A DNA stretch of 64,000 bases, taken from positions 2,185 through 66,184 of the forward strand of contig JBJMHU010000061.1 in NCBI GenBank assembly GCA_045807225.1, given 5' to 3'. The notes beneath the pieces are model-generated. The model had not been told where the DNA came from. It searched no databases and was given only the letters and a program-made list of their open reading frames with translations. Position numbers and translations under genes: made by a program. The DNA comes from Ornithinibacter sp. GTDB lineage: Bacteria > Actinomycetota > Actinomycetes > Actinomycetales > Dermatophilaceae. Position 1 is the stretch's first letter. Each line of letters opens with the position of its first letter. This document shows positions 42,831-53,769 of this stretch, one piece after another.

Positions 42831-42921
42831 GCGAAGTCAGGAGCACTTCGCCGAGTCAGGGCCTCATAGGACCCTGACTTGACGAGTACCTCCTGAGCCC
42901 GCGCAGTGCTCCTGACTTCGC
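42831..42921. repeat. Nested inverted-repeat element (REP/MITE-like)
   Basis: 17-bp perfect terminal IR GCGAAGTCAGGAGCACT/AGTGCTCCTGACTTCGC enclosing a related AGTCAGGG...CCCTGACT hairpin. Confidence 0.6.
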
Positions 42922-43020
42922 GAATGCCGTGGACGCGCGTCTGCGGTGAAGCGCCATGCAGGTGGAACAGGGTCGGGCCTGTCGGGGACATCCCCCGAGA
43001 AGTTCGACCCTTGGTCGTGC

Positions 43021-46000
43021 TCAGTCCCAGGGGTCCGGCTCGTCGAGCAGCGCCGGGTCACCGGTGAATCCGGTCGGCTCCTCGGCCCGCTTCGCCTGCT
43101 GAGGTTGGGCCTGCTCGGTGTCGGTGTGCGCCGCGGTCTCGGCACCGGATGCCGGTGCCGACGCGACAGCCGCACTCAACTCGTGGTCGGCGCCCGTCCC
43201 GGAATCGACCAATAGGTCATTGGAGGGACGCTCGGGCTCCGGCTCGGCCACCGGTGATGAGCTGGGAGCCTCGGCCGGCTTGGGGTCGGTGGTGTCGGCG
43301 GGCGCGTCCCAAGGGTCAGGCTGGTCCCAGGGGTCGACCGAGTCCTCGACGGCTGGCGGTGCCGGTGCGGCATCCGCCGTCGGAGTCGCCTGTGCCTGGG
43401 CCACCGTCCCGGAATCGACCAATAGGTCACTGGATGCACGCTCGGTCTCGGGCTCCGCCACCGGTGAGGAGCTCGCAGCCTCGGCGGGGGAATCCCAGGG
43501 GTCAGGCTCGTCCCAGGGGTCGGCCGCAGCCACCACCGGTGCAGCCGTACCCGTGCCCGGCGAGACCGGTGCTGCCGGCTCGTCCCAGGGGTCGGGCTCG
43601 TCCGTGGATGCAGATGCAGCCGCGAAGGCTGCCGTCGCGGCCGGCGCTGCAGGGGCGTCCCACGGGTCGGGCTCATCGGTGGCTGCGACGGGTGCTGCAG
43701 GGGCGTCCCAGGGGTCGGCCTCGGGCTCGGCCGTGGCCGGTGCTGCAGCTGAAGCTGCCGCGGCGGGTGATGCAGGGGCGTCCCAGGGGTCGGCCTCCGT
43801 CTCGGGCGTGGCCGGTGCTGCAGCTGAAGCTGCCGCGGTGGGTGCTGCGGGGGCGTCCCAGGGGTCGGCCTCCGTCTCGGCCGTGGCCGGTGCTGCAGCT
43901 GAAGCTGCGGCGGCGGGTGCTGCCGGCTCGTCCCAGGGGTCGGCCTCGGGCTCGGTCACCACTGGTGCCGCTGCCGCTGCGGCTACCGGTGCTGCGGTCG
44001 CTGCGGTCGCTGCGGGGGCATCCCAGGGGTCCGCCTCCGGTTCCGTCGCGGCTGGTGCTGCGGCTGCTGTTGCGCCGGCCGGTCTTGCGGGCTCGTCCCA
44101 CGGGTCTGCCTCCGGCTCGCTCGTGGCCCGAGCTGCCACGGCCGCAGTGGCGCCGGCGGCTGTCGCCGCAGCGGCGGGGGCGGTGACCTCGGGAGCCGGC
44201 GCGGCCGGCATCCCAGCGTGGGCCTCGACCCCGGCCACCGCGTCACTTCCGACGGACTCTCCGTGGCGGACCGCGGCGAGCAGCATCTGCGCGACGTCCA
44301 CCACCTCCACCGTCTCGGCGACGCCCTCGGACTGCTTCGCGGTGAGCCCGTCGGAGATCATCACCCGGCAGAACGGGCAGCCGATGGCGATGCGCTCGGC
44401 CCCGGTGGCGATGGCCTCCTCGGTGCGGTTGGTGTTGATCTGCGTGCCGAGCTTCTCCTCCATCCACATGCGCGCACCGCCGGCGCCGCAGCAGAACGAG
44501 GTCTCGCGGGTGCGCTCCATCTCACGCAGCTCGACTCCGGGCAGCGACTCGATCAGCTCGCGCGGCGGGGCGTAGACACCGTTGTGCCGGCCCAGGTAGC
44601 ACGGGTCGTGGTAGGTGACGGTCGAGGCGGTCGACGCGGCGTTCTTGGCCGACGACATTCCGGGCACGTCCGAGGGCCGGGCCACCGGCACCAGCTTCTT
44701 GTCCCGCACGAGCCGGTTGAGCAGCTGGGTGTGGTGCACGACCTCGTAGGACCCCCCGAGCGGGGCGTACTCGTTCTTGATGGTGTTGAAGCAGTGCGCG
44801 CAGGTGACGACGACACGGGTGACCCCGAACTCGCCGAAGGTGTCGACGTTCTGCTGGGCCAGGGTCTGGAAGAGCAGCTCGTTGCCGGCCCGTCGGGCCG
44901 AGTCGCCGGTGCAGGTCTCCCCGTTGCCGAGCACCGCGAACGAGACCCCGGCGGTGTCGAGCAGCTCGGCCACCGCGCGGGTGGTCTGCTTGGCCCGGTC
45001 CTCGTAGGCGCCCGCGCAGCCGACCCAGAACAGCCACTCGACGTCCGAGGCCTTCTCCACGTCCTGGCCGAGCACCTTCACGGGGAACGGCAGGTCCTTG
45101 GCCCAGTCCAGCCGCGCCCGCGCGCCCATGCCCCACGGGTTGCCCTTGCCCTCGAGGTTCTTGAAGAGCCCGCCCAGCTCGTTGGGGAACGCCGACTCGA
45201 TGAGCGTCTGGTAGCGGCGCATGTCGATGATGTGGTCGACGTGCTCGATGTCGACGGGGCACTGCTCCACGCAGGCGCCGCAGGTGGTGCACGACCACAG
45301 CACGTCGTCGTCGATGACCGCACCGGGACCGACCGGCGTGTAGGCGGCGAGGGAGTCGCCGTCGTACCCCGTGTCGCCGACCAGCGGCACGTCGCCCCAG
45401 GACAGCCCGTCCGGTGCCGCGTGGCCGTGGTGGGCCGGCACCGGCAGCACGCCGGCGGGCACCTTCTCGCGGTCGCCGTCGACCTTGGCCAAGGCCTGCA
45501 TGTAGGGCGCCTTGGCGTTGGCGTGGTCGCGCAGCCCCATGATGAGCAGCTTGGGAGACAGCGGCTTCTCGGTGTTCCACGCGGGGCACTGGCTCTGGCA
45601 GCGGCCGCACTCGGTGCAGGTGGTGAAGTCGAGCAGGCCCTTCCAGGTGAAGTCCTCCGCCCGGCCCACACCGAGCGAGGCGCCCTCGTCGAGCTCCTCC
45701 ATCTCGTCCATCGAGAACGGCTTGCCGGCGACGATCAGCTCCTTCGCGGCCCCCAGTGCCACCGGCCGCCGGCCGAACATCACGTTGATCGGCGCCACGA
45801 AGATGTGCAGGTGCTTGGAGTGCAGCACGAAGATGAGGAAGACCAGCATGACCCCGATGTGCAGCAGCAGGCCGATGTGCTCGAGGAACGTCGCGGTGGA
45901 CTCACCCAGCGGCTCGATCGCCCGGCCGACCGCGTGCGAGGCGAAGGCGGCGTTGCCGTAGGGGAAGTTGCCGGTGGCGACGCTGGACCCCCGGAAGAGG

Positions 46001-46509
46001 AACATCGTCCAGATGACGTTGAAGATGAAGAACAACGTCAGCCAGGCACCGCCGAGGTGCGAGCCCTGGAACCGGGAGCGGCGGCCGAGCCGCTTCGGCG
46101 AGTTCTTCACGCGGATGGCGGCGAAGACGGCGATGCCGACCAGACCCATCACGGCGATGAAGTCCTGCGCGAAGCCGAGCACGCCCCAGGTGCCGACGAC
46201 CGGGATCGCCCAGCCCTCCTGGAACAGCGAGCCGTACGCCTCGAGGTAGACCGTGGCCAGGATGAGGAACGCCCAGAAGACGAAGAAGTGGGCGACCCCC
46301 GGAACGGTCCACTTGAGCAGCTTCTTCTGCCCCAGGACCTCGACGAGCTGCGTCTTCACTGCGGCGAGCACGCGGCCGGTGACGCCTTCTACCCGGTCGG
46401 GCGCGGGCTGGCCGCTGCGGATCAGCCGGTAGATCCAGGACACCCGGCGTGCCGCCAGCGGCAGCGCGATCGCGGTCATGAGAAGGCCGATCACGAGGAC
46501 GGCGGTCAT
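43021..46509 (-). CDS. Membrane Fe-S oxidoreductase (HdrD/GlpC-like, Rv0338c/EtfD-type) with a long acidic Pro/Ala tail
   Basis: N-terminal TM helices; CTECGRCQSQCP and CTTCGACVEQCP ferredoxin motifs; CCG domains (YHDPCYLGRHN, CCGAGG, CPFC); C-terminal DPWD repeats. Confidence 0.88.
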   Translation of the reverse strand: MTAVLVIGLLMTAIALPLAARRVSWIYRLIRSGQPAPDRVEGVTGRVLAAVKTQLVEVLGQKKLLKWTVPGVAHFFVFWAFLILATVYLEAYGSLFQEGWAIPVVGTWGVLGFAQDFIAVMGLVGIAVFAAIRVKNSPKRLGRRSRFQGSHLGGAWLTLFFIFNVIWTMFLFRGSSVATGNFPYGNAAFASHAVGRAIEPLGESTATFLEHIGLLLHIGVMLVFLIFVLHSKHLHIFVAPINVMFGRRPVALGAAKELIVAGKPFSMDEMEELDEGASLGVGRAEDFTWKGLLDFTTCTECGRCQSQCPAWNTEKPLSPKLLIMGLRDHANAKAPYMQALAKVDGDREKVPAGVLPVPAHHGHAAPDGLSWGDVPLVGDTGYDGDSLAAYTPVGPGAVIDDDVLWSCTTCGACVEQCPVDIEHVDHIIDMRRYQTLIESAFPNELGGLFKNLEGKGNPWGMGARARLDWAKDLPFPVKVLGQDVEKASDVEWLFWVGCAGAYEDRAKQTTRAVAELLDTAGVSFAVLGNGETCTGDSARRAGNELLFQTLAQQNVDTFGEFGVTRVVVTCAHCFNTIKNEYAPLGGSYEVVHHTQLLNRLVRDKKLVPVARPSDVPGMSSAKNAASTASTVTYHDPCYLGRHNGVYAPPRELIESLPGVELREMERTRETSFCCGAGGARMWMEEKLGTQINTNRTEEAIATGAERIAIGCPFCRVMISDGLTAKQSEGVAETVEVVDVAQMLLAAVRHGESVGSDAVAGVEAHAGMPAAPAPEVTAPAAAATAAGATAAVAARATSEPEADPWDEPARPAGATAAAAPAATEPEADPWDAPAATAATAAPVAAAAAAPVVTEPEADPWDEPAAPAAAASAAAPATAETEADPWDAPAAPTAAASAAAPATPETEADPWDAPASPAAAASAAAPATAEPEADPWDAPAAPVAATDEPDPWDAPAAPAATAAFAAASASTDEPDPWDEPAAPVSPGTGTAAPVVAAADPWDEPDPWDSPAEAASSSPVAEPETERASSDLLVDSGTVAQAQATPTADAAPAPPAVEDSVDPWDQPDPWDAPADTTDPKPAEAPSSSPVAEPEPERPSNDLLVDSGTGADHELSAAVASAPASGAETAAHTDTEQAQPQQAKRAEEPTGFTGDPALLDEPDPWD

Positions 46510-46751
46510 GTGGTGCTCCATCCGGCGGGTGGGTGGTTGCGTTGGTGCGCGCCCGGCTCGGCGCAACGGGGGCGCCGCCTGAGTCTATCCACGGGTAAGC
46601 ACACGCATACCTGCGTGTGATGCTCACCCTACTGGCCGGTAACCGCACGCTGGGCCGCCCGGGCGCAGCTGTCGAAGGATGCTGTTCACCCGGCCGGTCC
46701 GAGGGCCACGCGGCTGCGTCGTTCGTTGGGCGGCATCCGGTCGCGGTCGGC

Positions 46752-46778
46752 TGTCCTTCTCAGCCCACCCCGTTCGTC
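46752..46778 (+). promoter_or_regulatory. Putative ECF42-type promoter (TGTCCT-N17-CGTC)
   Basis: Resembles the TGTCGA/CGTC motif described for ECF42; sits upstream of the DGPF protein gene. Confidence 0.45.
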
Positions 46779-46835
46779 TCTAGGGTGAGGCCGGACACCG
46801 GTGCGGCCCACCACACCGACCACCAAGGAGTTCCC

Positions 46836-47183
46836 ATGACCCAGTACGCCGCCCTCATCTACACCCGCGACGTCGACTGGAGCGCCCCGGAGTACGCCAC
46901 GGAGACGGCCCAGTACGGCGAGTTCGCCGAGGCCGCGAGCGCCGTCATCCGAGGCGGCGCCGCGCTCTACCCCACCTCGACCGCCACCACCGTGAAGGTC
47001 GCGGCCAAGGGCGGCACCCCGCTGACCACCGACGGGCCCTACGCCGAGACCAAGGAGGCCCTCACCGGCTTCTACCTGCTCGAGTGCGCCGACCTCGACG
47101 AGGCGGTGCGGGTCGCCGCGACCATCCCTGCCGCGTGGGACGGGGTCGTCGAGGTGCGCCCCGTCATCGAGTTCCCGATGTGA
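46836..47183 (+). CDS. YCII/DGPF-family protein
   Basis: AAGGAG RBS; TDGPYAETKEALTGFY and VEVRP motifs. Confidence 0.88.
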   Translation: MTQYAALIYTRDVDWSAPEYATETAQYGEFAEAASAVIRGGAALYPTSTATTVKVAAKGGTPLTTDGPYAETKEALTGFYLLECADLDEAVRVAATIPAAWDGVVEVRPVIEFPM

Positions 47184-48433
47184 GTGCCGTTGCCTCGGGG
47201 GCGGGTTCGCCCGCCCCCGAGGACGCCCACCGCGCCCTGGCCGAGATCGTCCGGGTCGCCGGCCGAGACGTCCTCGCCACCCTCGCCCGCTGGACCGGCA
47301 ACCTCGCGCTCGCCGAGGATGCCGTGCAGGACGCCAGTGTTCGCGCACTGCAGACCTGGCCGCGCGACGGCATCCCCGACAACCCGGTCGCGTGGCTGCG
47401 CACCACCGCGCGCCGGTGCGCCGTCGACCTGATCCGCCGCGAGGTCGCGCGCGGACCCAAGGAGGCCCTCGCCGCCGCGCCGGATGCCGACGTGGTGCTC
47501 TTCGCGCAGGATCCCGAGCCCGGCGTGGTCGAGGACGACCTCCTGAGGCTGGTCTTCACCTGCTGCCACCCCAGCCTCGCCGCCGAGACCCGCGTCGCCC
47601 TGGCCCTGCGCACCCTGTGCGGGCTGGGCACCGAGGAGGTTGCGCGCGCCCTGCTCGTCTCCGAGCCGACGATGGCCAAGCGCCTCACCCGCGCCCGGCA
47701 GAAGATCCGGCTGGCCGGCATCCCCTACCGCGTGCCGTCGGCCGACGACCTCCCCGAGCGCTGGGAGACCGTGCTCGCGACGACCTACCTCATGTTCAAC
47801 GAGGGGTACGCCGCCACGGCCGGCCCCGAGCTGACCCGCCCCGCCCTCGTGGCCGAGGCGCTGCGCCTCACCCGGCTGCTGCACCGCCTGCGCCCCAACG
47901 ACCCGGGCGCCACCGGCCTGCTCGCGCTCATCCTCCTGCAGGACTCGCGCCGGCAGGCCCGCACGGATGCGAGCGGGGCAGCCGTGCTGCTCGCCGACCA
48001 GGACCGCTCCCGGTGGGACCGCGGCGCCATCGCCGAGGCCGTGCCGCTGGTGGGCGAGGGCCTGCGCCTGTCGCCCTCTCATCCCGACCCCTACGTCGTC
48101 CAGGCCGCCATCGCCGCCTGCCACGCGCTCGCCCCGTCGTGGGAAGAGACCGACTGGGCGGCGATCGAGTCCTGGTACGAGGTGCTGCTGCGGGTCGACG
48201 ACGGCCCGGTGGTGCGCCTCAACCACGCCGTCGCCGTGGCGGAGGCGCGCGGGCCGCAGGAGGGGCTCGACCACGTCGACGCGATCGCCGGCCTGGCCGA
48301 CTACCCGCTCTGGCACGCCACCCGGGCAGCACTGCTGCGACGGCTCGACCGGCCGGGCGAGGCCACCGCCGCCGACCGTCGCGCCCGCAGCCTGCCGCTG
48401 AACGCGGTGCAGCGCGACCTGCTCGACCGCTGA
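47180..48433 (+). CDS. ECF sigma factor with C-terminal TPR-like extension (ECF42-type)
   Basis: AEDAVQDA...WPRDGIP, DDLLRLVFTCCHP, YLMFNEGY and DQDRSRWD motifs; coupled to the DGPF gene. Confidence 0.88.
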   Translation: MSAVASGAGSPAPEDAHRALAEIVRVAGRDVLATLARWTGNLALAEDAVQDASVRALQTWPRDGIPDNPVAWLRTTARRCAVDLIRREVARGPKEALAAAPDADVVLFAQDPEPGVVEDDLLRLVFTCCHPSLAAETRVALALRTLCGLGTEEVARALLVSEPTMAKRLTRARQKIRLAGIPYRVPSADDLPERWETVLATTYLMFNEGYAATAGPELTRPALVAEALRLTRLLHRLRPNDPGATGLLALILLQDSRRQARTDASGAAVLLADQDRSRWDRGAIAEAVPLVGEGLRLSPSHPDPYVVQAAIAACHALAPSWEETDWAAIESWYEVLLRVDDGPVVRLNHAVAVAEARGPQEGLDHVDAIAGLADYPLWHATRAALLRRLDRPGEATAADRRARSLPLNAVQRDLLDR

Positions 48434-48600
48434 CGCCGCACCCGCCGGCACTGAGACGTCGTTGTGCCCGGCGATAACCCTCTGTTGGAATACGCATAAG
48501 CAGGCGACGGTTGGCACCGTCGTCGGCACACCCGAGCCGGATGCCGGGCTGCCCACCCTCGGGCGACCGGGCCGGCCCCGTTCCAGCGAAAGGCCCCGCG

Positions 48601-49530
48601 ATGCCCATCCTCGACGACGTGACCCAGGCCGTCGGCAACACCCCGCTCGTCCGGATCAACCGGATCATCGACGGGGACGCGATCGTTGCCGCCAAGCTCG
48701 AGTTCTACAACCCTGCGAGCTCGGTGAAGGACCGCATCGGCGTCGCCATCGTCGACGCCGCGGAGGCGTCAGGGGACCTCACCGCGGGTGGGACCATCGT
48801 CGAGGCAACCTCGGGCAACACCGGCATCGCCCTGGCCATGGTGGGCGCGGCCCGTGGGTACAAGGTCGTGCTGGCCATGCCCGAGTCGATGAGCAAGGAG
48901 CGGCGCGCGCTGCTGCGCGCCTACGGCGCCGAGCTCATCCTCACCGACCCCTCGACCGGCATGAAGGGCGCGGTCGCCAAGGCCGAGGAGATCGTCGCCG
49001 AGCGGGAGGGGGCCGTGCTGGCCCGCCAGTTCGCCAACGTGGCGAACCCCGAGATCCACCGCAAGACCACCGCGGAGGAGATCTGGAAGGACACCGACGG
49101 CGCGGTCGACATCGTCGTCGCCGGCATCGGCACCGGCGGCACCATCACGGGCGTCGGCCAGGTGCTCAAGTCGCGCAAGCCCAGCGTGCAGATCGTGGCC
49201 GTCGAGCCCGAGGAGTCGCCCATCCTCAACGGCGGCGCCCCGGGCCCCCACAAGATCCAGGGCATCGGCGCCAACTTCGTGCCCGAGATCCTCGACACCA
49301 CGATCTACGACGAGGTCATCGACATCAACGCCGAGACCTCGGTGCAGTGGGCCCGCCGTGCCGCCACCGAGGAGGGCCTGCTCGTGGGCATCTCCTCGGG
49401 TGCCGCGCTCGCCGCCGCGAACCAGGTCGCCTCGCGCCCCGAGAACGCCGGCAAGACCATCGTCGTCATCATCCCGAGCTTCGGTGAGCGCTACCTGTCG
49501 ACGATCCTGTTCGAGGGCCTCGTCGACTGA
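48601..49530 (+). CDS. cysK: Cysteine synthase A
   Basis: [36 protein letters not shown] and GERYLST motifs. Confidence 0.95.
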   Translation: MPILDDVTQAVGNTPLVRINRIIDGDAIVAAKLEFYNPASSVKDRIGVAIVDAAEASGDLTAGGTIVEATSGNTGIALAMVGAARGYKVVLAMPESMSKERRALLRAYGAELILTDPSTGMKGAVAKAEEIVAEREGAVLARQFANVANPEIHRKTTAEEIWKDTDGAVDIVVAGIGTGGTITGVGQVLKSRKPSVQIVAVEPEESPILNGGAPGPHKIQGIGANFVPEILDTTIYDEVIDINAETSVQWARRAATEEGLLVGISSGAALAAANQVASRPENAGKTIVVIIPSFGERYLSTILFEGLVD

Positions 49531-49531
49531 C

Positions 49532-50125
49532 ATGTCCGTCATCCGTGCCGCCCGGGCGAGCATCCGCGAGGACCTCGACGCCGCCATGCGGCGTGACCCC
49601 GCCGCCGAGAACCGGTTTGACGTAGCCGTGAACTCGCCCGGGCTGCACGCGATCTGGGCCTACCGCGGTCTGCACAAGCTGTGGCTGCGCCCGGGTGGTC
49701 GTGCCGCCGCCCGCGCGCTGTCGACGGTCGTCCGCGGCGTGACCGGGGTCGAGATCCACCCGGGCGCGCAGATCGGCCGCCGCTTCTTCATCGACCACGG
49801 GATGGGCGTCGTCATCGGCGCCACCGCCGTCGTCGGTGACGACGTGATGCTCTACCACGGGGTCACGCTGGGCGGCCGGTCGCTCGCGCGAGGCACCAAG
49901 CGGCATCCGACCGTCGGCGACCGGGTCACGATCGGCGCAGGCGCTCGCGTGCTCGGGAACATCGACATCGGCGACGACGTGCAGATCGGCGCCAACTCCG
50001 TTGTCGTGAAGCCGGTTCCGACCGGTGCAGTCGCGACCGGCATCCCGGCCCGAGTTCGGTTCCCCGACTCCCCGATGCAGGACCCCTACGACGCGCTCTT
50101 CGCCGAGCCCGCCCTGTTCATCTGA
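49532..50125 (+). CDS. cysE: Serine O-acetyltransferase
   Basis: [25 protein letters not shown] and KRHPT motifs; hexapeptide repeats. Confidence 0.92.
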   Translation: MSVIRAARASIREDLDAAMRRDPAAENRFDVAVNSPGLHAIWAYRGLHKLWLRPGGRAAARALSTVVRGVTGVEIHPGAQIGRRFFIDHGMGVVIGATAVVGDDVMLYHGVTLGGRSLARGTKRHPTVGDRVTIGAGARVLGNIDIGDDVQIGANSVVVKPVPTGAVATGIPARVRFPDSPMQDPYDALFAEPALFI

Positions 50126-52673
50126 GGGCCGGCCCGCCGCTGCTGGTGGCGCTCCAGTCGGAGCCGTAGAGGCAGAACACTCCCGCCGCGGGCTGCTCAC
50201 GCACCACGCCGGCCCAGGCCTCGGCGGCGTCGGCCCCCGTGGACAGCACCCGGTGGTAGGCCACCATCGCGTCCGCCGCCACCGAGTCGGCGACCGGTGA
50301 GACGGCAGCCAGCACGCTCGTCGCGCCGAGCGCCATGAGTGCGACCGCCAGCCCGAGGGGTTCGTCGCCGGGGCGCGTCGAGAACTGGCCGACGTCGCAG
50401 GCGGCGAGCGAGACGTGCTCTGCCGCAACCGGTCGTGGGAACTCGTGCGCGAACACCGGCCCGTCGGCCAGCTGCACCGACGAGAAGAGGGGGCTCTGCG
50501 CCTCGTGGATGCCGTGAGCGGCCAGGTGCACCACGCGCGCCCGGCCCAGGGCGTTGACCACCTCGTCGCTGGTCGCGGGCCGGTCATCGGTGGGCACCGG
50601 GTCGGTGGACCAGAACCCACGCACCGCCCGGATCTCCGGCCGGGTGCGTGCCAGCCCCGGGCCGTAGAGGGCGGCTGCCGGGTCGGACCAGGTGGCAGCC
50701 GTGCGGGAGGGGCCGCGGACCCACCGGGTGAGGGAGGGCGCCACGGTGACCGGCCTCCCCAGCAGGCTGGGCAGCAGGCTCCACGGCACCGCGGCCAGGG
50801 TTCTCGAGGGAATGACGACGACCCGGCGGTCGGCAGAGCGGCCCCGCGCCGGACCGGCCTGGTTGAGGGCGGTGTCGACCGCGGCAAGGGATGCCGCGCT
50901 CGCCCGCTGGAGGGCGGCCTCCATGGGTGACCCGGCCGCGACCATCGTCCGGGCGCGCAGGTCGCGTCGAAGCCGGGAGAGCTGCTGGCGCACCAGTGGC
51001 ACCGTGCCGGTCTGCCCCACCTCGAGGGTGCCGTCGTGGAGCACGATGGTCCACAGCGCGTCGCCGGCCTCGAAGAACTCCACGATGGTGGCGCCCCGGT
51101 CGGACGCGGCGGCGCGCGCCTCGTCGGCGTCGACGGGGGGCAGGGCGCCGGCCGACGTGCCCCCGACCGTGAGCGTCCACTCGCGCTGGGCCACGAGGTC
51201 CTCGAGCCGGCCGATCTCCTCGACGAGGTCGGCCGGTGCTGGCCCTTCGGCGTTGGTCGACACCCGACGGAGGCGGCGCAGCTCGCGAGTCATCGTGGTG
51301 AGCTCGGGATCGGTCGAGGTCGTGACCGGGTTGATCCGGTGCGAGATGGCCCGCCACCGCTCGATGCTGGTGAGGATGCCGTCGGCGTCCTGGCCCTCGA
51401 GGGCACGCTCGACGTCGAAGGCAGCCAGCCGCCGTCCGTGCAGGGCGAGGGCGGCGCGCATGTCCAGGCTCGAGGACTGGAACTGGTGCGCCGCCAGGAG
51501 CCGGTTGCCCGTGGTGATGCGGCGCTCGGCCTCCACGTGCCGGCCTCTGGCGTGGTCGAGCCGGGCCCTGACGAGCGTCTCGTGGAGGCGTGCCGCGAGC
51601 GAGTCGCGGTTGGTGCGCTCGAGCGTGGACAGCCGGTGCTCGGCGCCGTCGACATCGCCCGAGAGCAGCCGCGCCTCCGCCTCCAACCGCACCGCCGCAC
51701 GGTCGGCGACCGTGCCGGCCGCCGCCTGCTCGTTGCGTCGTGCCAGGTCGGTGATGACGACCCGCAGGTCGTGCCCGGCAGCGACGTCGATGGTCGACCG
51801 GATCAGGGACGCATCGCGGACCAGTTCCTCCACCTGCCGGGTGCGGTAGGCGGCCAGTGCGACGCGGATGTGGCGGCGCGCTCCCTCGAGGTCGTCGACG
51901 AGGAGGTCGCAGCGGGCCAGCCGGGCGCTGACCTCACCGACCTCGAGCCGGTGGTCGTCGGCCCGAGCGGTCTCCAGCGCGTCGTGGAGGACGCTGCGGG
52001 CTCGGTCGACCAGGCCGGCCTCGAGCAGCACCTCGGCATGGTCGAGGCGAGCCCGGTCACGGCTGACGGCGGCGTCCATCCGGTCCGCCACCCGCATCAA
52101 CACCAGTGCCCGCGCCAGGTCACCGTCGACGAAGGCCAGGCAGGCCAGGTTGTGCCTGGCCTTGAACTCCTGCTCGGCGAACCCGTTCGCGCCGGCGATC
52201 TCGGCGGCGCGGGTGAGGTCGGCCTCGGCCGCGGCGCTGTGCCCGAGGCCCAGGTGGGCCATGCCCCGGTTGATGAGCAGGGCGCAGCGCTGGCTCGGCT
52301 CGAGGGCCCGCTCGTCGTCGCCGACCCCGTCGAGCGCCGTCAGGGATGCCGCCCAGTCGCCACCGCGCACGTGGATCACCCCCTCCTGGACGTGGCTCAG
52401 GGCGACGAGCAGGCGGTCGTCGATGGCGGCCGCCTGGTTCCTCGCGTCGCGCAGCATCGCCAGGGCCCGGCCGTGGCCGTTGACCTCCAGCTCGGTCCAG
52501 GACCGGGTGATCAGCACCCGGATGCGAAGCCGCCCGGCATCCTGGCCGGTGGCGCCGTCAAGGGCTCCGACGGCCTGGTCGAGGTGTGCTGCGGCATCGT
52601 CGAACCGACCCACCTCGTTCGCCTGCCGCGCCGCGGCGAGGTGGGAGTTCGCGACCTCGACCGGGTCCTCGAT
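50118..52673 (-). CDS. TPR-CHAT (caspase HetF-associated) protease, copy 1
   Basis: N-terminal TPR-like helices ([17 protein letters not shown]); CHAT motifs VIPS...VPW, VHLAAHG (His) and LAACDVG (Cys); first canonical start is GTG 52613, proposed start is ATC 52673. Confidence 0.85.
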   Translation of the reverse strand: MEDPVEVANSHLAAARQANEVGRFDDAAAHLDQAVGALDGATGQDAGRLRIRVLITRSWTELEVNGHGRALAMLRDARNQAAAIDDRLLVALSHVQEGVIHVRGGDWAASLTALDGVGDDERALEPSQRCALLINRGMAHLGLGHSAAAEADLTRAAEIAGANGFAEQEFKARHNLACLAFVDGDLARALVLMRVADRMDAAVSRDRARLDHAEVLLEAGLVDRARSVLHDALETARADDHRLEVGEVSARLARCDLLVDDLEGARRHIRVALAAYRTRQVEELVRDASLIRSTIDVAAGHDLRVVITDLARRNEQAAAGTVADRAAVRLEAEARLLSGDVDGAEHRLSTLERTNRDSLAARLHETLVRARLDHARGRHVEAERRITTGNRLLAAHQFQSSSLDMRAALALHGRRLAAFDVERALEGQDADGILTSIERWRAISHRINPVTTSTDPELTTMTRELRRLRRVSTNAEGPAPADLVEEIGRLEDLVAQREWTLTVGGTSAGALPPVDADEARAAASDRGATIVEFFEAGDALWTIVLHDGTLEVGQTGTVPLVRQQLSRLRRDLRARTMVAAGSPMEAALQRASAASLAAVDTALNQAGPARGRSADRRVVVIPSRTLAAVPWSLLPSLLGRPVTVAPSLTRWVRGPSRTAATWSDPAAALYGPGLARTRPEIRAVRGFWSTDPVPTDDRPATSDEVVNALGRARVVHLAAHGIHEAQSPLFSSVQLADGPVFAHEFPRPVAAEHVSLAACDVGQFSTRPGDEPLGLAVALMALGATSVLAAVSPVADSVAADAMVAYHRVLSTGADAAEAWAGVVREQPAAGVFCLYGSDWSATSSGGPALR

Positions 52674-52681
52674 GGGGTCTC

Positions 52682-53182
52682 CTACAGCTCGATCGCCGGC
52701 GTGATGATCGGAGGTGCGTCGGTGTCGTCGCGCCTGCGGAGGACGAAGTTGACCAACCCACGCTCGACGCCGGTGAAGGTGAAGCGGCCCTCGTCGTCGA
52801 CCACGGTGGTGCGGCTGCGGCTTCGCTCCCGGAGCTCGACCTCGACGTCGCCCTCACTGACCCAGCCCGCGATGTCGGCGCGCGTCGAGGGCCCGTGCTC
52901 GATGGTGACCATGACGCTGAGACCCTCGCTGGCGAAGGTGACGGTGTCGGCTCGGTCGTAGTCCGTGCCGCGCACCGTCTCCAAGGTGGCGCCGGAGACG
53001 ATGTCGGCGACCTCGGCCTCGAGGGCGGCGACGGACATGGCGAACTTCACCCGGTCGACCAGGTCGGCGGGGACCGGGTCGAGCACCTCGTGCAGGTGGC
53101 GTACCTGGTCGAGCAGCTCGGCATCGAGGTCGTCGAGCGAACCGTTGGCGAGGACGTTCTCGGGGTCGGGGGCGGCGTTCAT
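52682..53182 (-). CDS. Small soluble conserved protein (helical N-terminus plus beta-sandwich C-terminus); candidate anti-sigma or protease substrate, copy 1
   Basis: ATGA overlap with the sigma gene; LDDLD...DPVP..L...KFA...AEVA and DDEGRFTF...ITPAIEL; paralogous to 58599-59087. Confidence 0.75.
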   Translation of the reverse strand: MNAAPDPENVLANGSLDDLDAELLDQVRHLHEVLDPVPADLVDRVKFAMSVAALEAEVADIVSGATLETVRGTDYDRADTVTFASEGLSVMVTIEHGPSTRADIAGWVSEGDVEVELRERSRSRTTVVDDEGRFTFTGVERGLVNFVLRRRDDTDAPPIITPAIEL

Positions 53183-53769
53183 GAGGGCATCTCCCAACGC
53201 GGGTCGGTGGTCAGGGCCTGACGGAGCTTCGCGAGGCAGCGCCCGCGGGTGGGGCCGATGCTTCCGACCGGCATCCCGAGCGCCTGGGCGACTGCGGCGT
53301 AGTCGGGGCGTTCGGCGAACGCGATGGCCCGCAGCAGCGACTTGCACCGATCGGGCAGCGAGGCGAAGTGCTGCCAGACGAGCCGGTCGTCGACCTCGGC
53401 CAGCACACTGGTCTCGGGCGACGGCGTGGTGTCGTCGGGCTCCTGGTCACGCACGTCGGCGTAGGTGGCCGGTTCCTCGCGGCGACCCCGGGACGACGTG
53501 GTCCACGAGTCGCGCCGGGTCGTGGTGATGAGCCACTTGAGCACCGACTGCGGGTCGGTGATGTCACCGGCGTGCTCGACGAGCTTGAGCCAGGTGTTCT
53601 GCACGACGTCCTCGGCGGACTGCCGGGACAGGCCCTGCTGACGGGCGACGGACCAGAGCAGCGGGGTGACCTGCTCGACGAGGGTCGACATGCCGGAGGC
53701 GTTACCGTCGCGGTAGGCGCGGAAGGAGTTGGCCGCCCGAACGGCCAGGCTCTCGGCGCCGGTGTGCAT
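53179..53769 (-). CDS. ECF sigma-70 factor, copy 1
   Basis: TGATG overlap with the S8 gene; AEDVVQNTWLKL, WLITTTRR, LPDRCKSLL and GMPVGSIGPTRGRCLAKLR motifs. Confidence 0.9.
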   Translation of the reverse strand: MHTGAESLAVRAANSFRAYRDGNASGMSTLVEQVTPLLWSVARQQGLSRQSAEDVVQNTWLKLVEHAGDITDPQSVLKWLITTTRRDSWTTSSRGRREEPATYADVRDQEPDDTTPSPETSVLAEVDDRLVWQHFASLPDRCKSLLRAIAFAERPDYAAVAQALGMPVGSIGPTRGRCLAKLRQALTTDPRWEMPS

